Positions 60,343 through 64,000 of a DNA stretch of 64,000 nt are shown here, piece after piece. Both the position numbers and the translations under genes were made by a program. The stretch lies in contig OZ244991.1 of assembly GCA_965223335.1 (NCBI GenBank), positions 992,001-1,056,000 of the forward strand, read 5' to 3'. This stretch comes from Thermodesulfobacteriota bacterium (lineage in GTDB: Bacteria; Desulfobacterota_D; UBA1144; Nemesobacterales; UBA2774). Under the pieces are notes generated by a model that worked only from the letters and a program-made list of their open reading frames with translations, was not told the origin of the DNA and ran no database searches. The stretch's first letter is position 1. Every line of letters starts with the position of its first letter.

Positions 60343-61503
60343 ATGAGCAAAGCTAATCGATTATATCATATAATCAGGTCAACAATAGAAAAGGACGGGC
60401 CTATTACTTTCTCTCGATTTATGGACTTAGCACTCTATCACCCTGAGCACGGCTACTACAGCACCGCTGTGGGTGGAATTGGCAAGAGGGGCGACTACTA
60501 CACCAGTCCTCATGCGAGCAGTGTGTTCGGTCAGGTTATTTCCAATTTTATAAGATCTGCATCCGAGGTTATAGGTCAGAGTGGGTTTACTGTGGTGGAA
60601 GTCGGGGGCGGTGTTGGATATTTAGCGCTCGATATTCTAGACGCGCTAAAAAAAAGAGAGCCCGAGTTCTACAACCATATTACTTATGTGCTGATTGAAC
60701 ATAGCAATAAACATCGAGAGGGATACCGAGATTTACTAAAAGCTCATCTCGATAGGATTAAGGTGTTTTCCGAGTTAGAAGGTATCGAGTCGCCTTATGA
60801 TAAGGGGGTGGTCGTCTCGAACGAGTTCTTTGATGCACTCCCGTTTCATAGAGTTGTTGCTCGGGGAGCAAAACTGCTAGAGCTCTATGTTGATGTTAGA
60901 GGCGGTGAGTTTATAGAGATTACAGATACACCTAGCACGGTAGAGATAGAGAAATATTTTGAGGATCATGAGATTGAACTAGCAGACGGCCAACAGGCCG
61001 AGGTCTGCATAACTACCCGTAATTACATAAATAATATTGCAAGCGCTATTTATAAGGGATTGGTCCTCACAATAGATTACGGCTTTTTGGCCAAAGAGCT
61101 CTACGATCCCGCGAGACTAAGCGGCACATATAAATGTGTCAAAGACAACCGCATTAACGAGAACCCCTACGAGGATATAGGGAGGCAGGATATCACGGCA
61201 CACGTCGATTTCTCCAATCTCATAAGGGTAGGAGAGGCCTGCGATTTAAACACTTTCCACTACACTACCCAGGGCCAATTCCTGGTCGACTGGGGGATCC
61301 TGGAAATAATAGAAGCGCTAAGCAGCAACTCATCAATTCCCGAAAGTAAAAAAAGCATCGAGCTAAACTCAATCAAGACACTATTTCTACCCGAGCAGAT
61401 GGGCAATAAATTCAGGGTACTTATACAAGATAAAGATACAGCCATAAATTTTGAAAAATTTTATCCCGATCCCCCGGTCAAAATAAGCTTCAACCCTACC
61501 TAA
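60343..61503 (+). CDS. SAM-dependent methyltransferase, NDUFAF7/MidA family
   Basis: FMDLALYHPEHGYY, GDYYTSP, NEFFDALP, IDYG and QDITAHVDF. Confidence 0.92.
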   Translation: MSKANRLYHIIRSTIEKDGPITFSRFMDLALYHPEHGYYSTAVGGIGKRGDYYTSPHASSVFGQVISNFIRSASEVIGQSGFTVVEVGGGVGYLALDILDALKKREPEFYNHITYVLIEHSNKHREGYRDLLKAHLDRIKVFSELEGIESPYDKGVVVSNEFFDALPFHRVVARGAKLLELYVDVRGGEFIEITDTPSTVEIEKYFEDHEIELADGQQAEVCITTRNYINNIASAIYKGLVLTIDYGFLAKELYDPARLSGTYKCVKDNRINENPYEDIGRQDITAHVDFSNLIRVGEACDLNTFHYTTQGQFLVDWGILEIIEALSSNSSIPESKKSIELNSIKTLFLPEQMGNKFRVLIQDKDTAINFEKFYPDPPVKISFNPT

Positions 61504-61571
61504 TAAATTTAAACAAGCGTTTTGTTTGAGTTAGCCATCATACTTGACAAAAAACTTTATATATGATTATT

Positions 61572-61593
61572 TAGTACTAACTAGTCCGTACTA
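61572..61593. promoter_or_regulatory. Probable TetR autoregulatory operator
   Basis: Inverted repeat TAGTAC-N10-GTACTA between TTGACA (61544) and the TetR ATG. Confidence 0.45.
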
Positions 61594-61609
61594 TTATTGC
61601 CTGACTAAT

Positions 61610-62191
61610 ATGACTAAGAACAGGGTAAAGATCATCAACCGCGCCAAGAAGCTCTTCCACAAAAAGGGTTTCAGCCATACAAGCGTCGATCAAATAATAG
61701 CAGAGTCCAATGTTTCTAAGAGTAATTTCTATTATCATTTTAAGACCAAAGACGATCTCGGCCTCGAGATACTAAACCTAAGAATAGAGGAGTTTCGATC
61801 GGGTGTTATACGAAGCATATTGTTAGATACAAACCACTCAGCGGTCTACCGCATAAGTGGCCTATACGATGCTTTCATAGAGTTTCATAACGATCTCAAC
61901 TGCAAAAGGGGCTGTCCATTTGGGAACCTCGCACTCGAGATGTCAGATCTAAGCGAGGGGTTTAGACAGTCGCTACACAGTTTTTTTGATGAATGGATAG
62001 ATGCGCTTTCGCTCTGTATTAGACAGGGAGTAGAAAACGGCGAGTTTAGCAATGAGATTGACCCCAGGGATCTGGCTGAGTTTATTTTTTCACATATCGA
62101 GGGGGCCATATTACTCCTTAAAACCCAAAAAACAATCGGTCCACTGCAAAATGGAAAATCTACAGTTCTTAGGCTTCTAAACAATCTGTAA
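61610..62191 (+). CDS. TetR/NemR-family transcriptional regulator
   Basis: LFHKKGF..TSVDQI, SKSNFYYHFKTK and GCPFGNLALE; ATG 61610 chosen as start. Confidence 0.9.
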   Translation: MTKNRVKIINRAKKLFHKKGFSHTSVDQIIAESNVSKSNFYYHFKTKDDLGLEILNLRIEEFRSGVIRSILLDTNHSAVYRISGLYDAFIEFHNDLNCKRGCPFGNLALEMSDLSEGFRQSLHSFFDEWIDALSLCIRQGVENGEFSNEIDPRDLAEFIFSHIEGAILLLKTQKTIGPLQNGKSTVLRLLNNL

Positions 62192-62207
62192 CTGTTTAAT
62201 CCCGCAA

Positions 62208-62223
62208 TGTTCCACGTGAAACA
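62208..62223. other. parS centromere site
   Basis: TGTTCCACGTGAAACA matches the TGTTNCACGTGAAACA consensus. Confidence 0.9.
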
Positions 62224-62277
62224 TATGATATGGCGTTTATAGATCATTCACATCTCTTATGGTAATTTATCAGTGGT

Positions 62278-63678
62278 ATGAGTAATAAAATTGCAGGTAA
62301 TGACACTATCGCAGCCATCGCGACACCTGTAGGCGAGGGTGGGATCTCTATAATTAGAGTAAGCGGCAGAGGTACTATAGATGTTATAGCGTCTCTGTTC
62401 AAAAGCAGTAGCCGGTTATCTGTGTCAGAGATGAAGCCGCGGACATTTTATCATGGTCATATTGTGGACAGTGACGACGCAGGCAATGCCGATGAGGTGT
62501 TGTGTGTGTTTATGCGGTCGCCTGCGTCCTACACGGGCGAGGATATGGCAGAGATCCACTGTCATGGCGGGTACCTAGTGCCAAAGAAGATACTGGGTCA
62601 TGTCATAGATGCGGGTGCCAGGCCTGCCAATGCAGGGGAGTTCTCGTTCCGAGCTTTTCTCAACGGTAAAATGGACCTGGTTCAGGCTGAGGCTGTAATA
62701 GATATTGTGCATGCCGACTCCGAAGAGGGTTTAAGACAGGCGGAACTTCAGCTTGAGGGGATGTTATCGGGATTAATAAACGAATACAAAGAGACAGTTC
62801 TCGATATACTGGCCGAGGTAGAGGCCCAGGTCGATTTTCCCGAGGAGGATATTGATCCTGTAATTAAAGAGGATATTAAATCGCGTTCCAGCAATCTTAT
62901 CGAAGTGATTGATCTGCTGTTAGAGTCCTACGAACAGGGTAGGGTGCTCAAACACGGGGTGAGTACCGTAATAATAGGCAAGCCCAATGTCGGGAAATCG
63001 AGCTTATTAAACAGGCTTTTACTAAAAGACAGAGCTATTGTGAGCCCTCATCCGGGCACTACGAGGGATTTCATAGAAGAGATCTTAAGTGTTGGCGGCA
63101 TTGCACTAAAACTCTCAGACACTGCAGGCATAAGGGTTACCGCCGACGAGATAGAGCGTGTGGGGGTCGATATCGCCAGGGATAAGGCAGGTAAATCCGA
63201 GCTCATTATTGCGGTAATGGATGGAAGCAGCGGGCTCGACGACGATGACAGAACCGTCTTGGAGCTCATTTCGGGTAAGACTGCTATTGTTGCAATCAAT
63301 AAATCTGACCTTAGTGAAAATTTGTTCCCCGATGCTTTAAAAGACTACATAGATCCCAGATATACCGTCAGGACATCGGCAAAGACGGGTGTGGGGATAG
63401 ACGAATTAAACAATGCCATATTATCGTTACTGCTACAAAATGAAAACCCCAGAGAATCGGGCGAGATTGTTTTAACAGAGCTCAGGCATAAATCCGCCCT
63501 CGAGAAGGCCAGGGCGAGTCTTAAGGCCTTTCTCAATATACTAGACCTAGGCGAGTCACCCGAGTTCCTTGCACTTGAGTTAAGGATCGCGCTAGATGCG
63601 CTGGGCGAGATAACGGGCGAGACCACTACAGAGGATATTCTAGGACGTATATTCAGTAAGTTTTGTGTGGGCAAGTGA
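62278..63678 (+). CDS. mnmE: tRNA modification GTPase MnmE (TrmE)
   Basis: DTIAAIATP, SYTGED..EIHCHG, GKPNVGKSSL, GTTRD, DTAG and FSKFCVGK. Confidence 0.97.
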   Translation: MSNKIAGNDTIAAIATPVGEGGISIIRVSGRGTIDVIASLFKSSSRLSVSEMKPRTFYHGHIVDSDDAGNADEVLCVFMRSPASYTGEDMAEIHCHGGYLVPKKILGHVIDAGARPANAGEFSFRAFLNGKMDLVQAEAVIDIVHADSEEGLRQAELQLEGMLSGLINEYKETVLDILAEVEAQVDFPEEDIDPVIKEDIKSRSSNLIEVIDLLLESYEQGRVLKHGVSTVIIGKPNVGKSSLLNRLLLKDRAIVSPHPGTTRDFIEEILSVGGIALKLSDTAGIRVTADEIERVGVDIARDKAGKSELIIAVMDGSSGLDDDDRTVLELISGKTAIVAINKSDLSENLFPDALKDYIDPRYTVRTSAKTGVGIDELNNAILSLLLQNENPRESGEIVLTELRHKSALEKARASLKAFLNILDLGESPEFLALELRIALDALGEITGETTTEDILGRIFSKFCVGK

Positions 63679-63694
63679 TGTTTCACGTGAAACA
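63679..63694. other. parS centromere site (perfect palindrome)
   Basis: TGTTTCACGTGAAACA immediately after the mnmE stop. Confidence 0.93.
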
Positions 63695-63727
63695 TCTAGA
63701 TTAATACAGATATTGCCTGAATGAGCC

Positions 63728-64000
63728 TTATTTATTCCACTTGAGTTTCTCAAATAATTTCTCGCAAAGATCGCTTAGTTCCTTAGGTGGAGGGGCAAAT
63801 CTAATAGCCTCCAGGTTAGAGACTGTGTTGACCCCGATTAGAGAGTTTGTGAGTAAAATGCACTCTGCTGCGTCCAGTTCTTCTACTGTAAAACTACCCT
63901 CTCTGAACTCGATTCCCTCCTCAAGCGCAGTTTCTATCATAATTCCCCTTGTGATCCCGGGCAGTATGCCGCAAGCAACCGAGGGTGTGTATAGTACCCC
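63728..64000 (-). CDS. Class IV PLP aminotransferase (PabC/IlvE-like), C-terminal part
   Basis: Manual extension to the window edge gives LYTP....GILPGITR and ECILLTNS..G. Confidence 0.85.
   Translation of the reverse strand, partial: GVLYTPSVACGILPGITRGIMIETALEEGIEFREGSFTVEELDAAECILLTNSLIGVNTVSNLEAIRFAPPPKELSDLCEKLFEKLKWNK

Noticed and set aside
63345..63695. 116-aa minus-strand ORF starting MFHVKH
   Set aside because: MFHVKH is the translated parS palindrome; the ORF is antisense to mnmE.

Overview
Bacterial chromosomal window spanning the replication origin. The gene content and IPTL-CTERM protein suggest a Desulfobacterota/Dadabacteria-like organism (inference). The left end holds comF(partial)-dnaN-oriC-dnaA; the right end holds mnmE flanked by two parS sites. 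Between them lie housekeeping genes (comM, thiL, ybeY, hisBH, queF, leuA, trhO, dapL) and a cbb3 oxidase cluster (ccoI-S-NO-Q-P-G-DsbD_2). There is also a GNAT/FixL-like PAS kinase/NtrC-family sigma54 activator operon, a ppx-CHAD-ParA-CYTH polyphosphate operon, two tRNAs with accessory DNA, and an orphan CI/Cro-like switch. Two candidate undescribed systems stand out. (1) A ParA ATPase embedded among polyP-binding and polyP-degrading genes may position polyP granules. (2) A 27-bp motif (TGTmAGmTGTC-N9-GACAAT) occurs three times, twice at near-identical spacing from sigma54 promoters. It points to an O2-sensing sigma54 regulon linking the cbb3 oxidase, a Cj0069-family gene and possibly the polyP operon. 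Smaller finds include a 0.7-kb tRNA-Ala mini-island with an A7-frameshifted nuclease, an apparent ATC start on ccoQ, and a PhoX-like gene remnant. All calls are by eye; no database searches were run.
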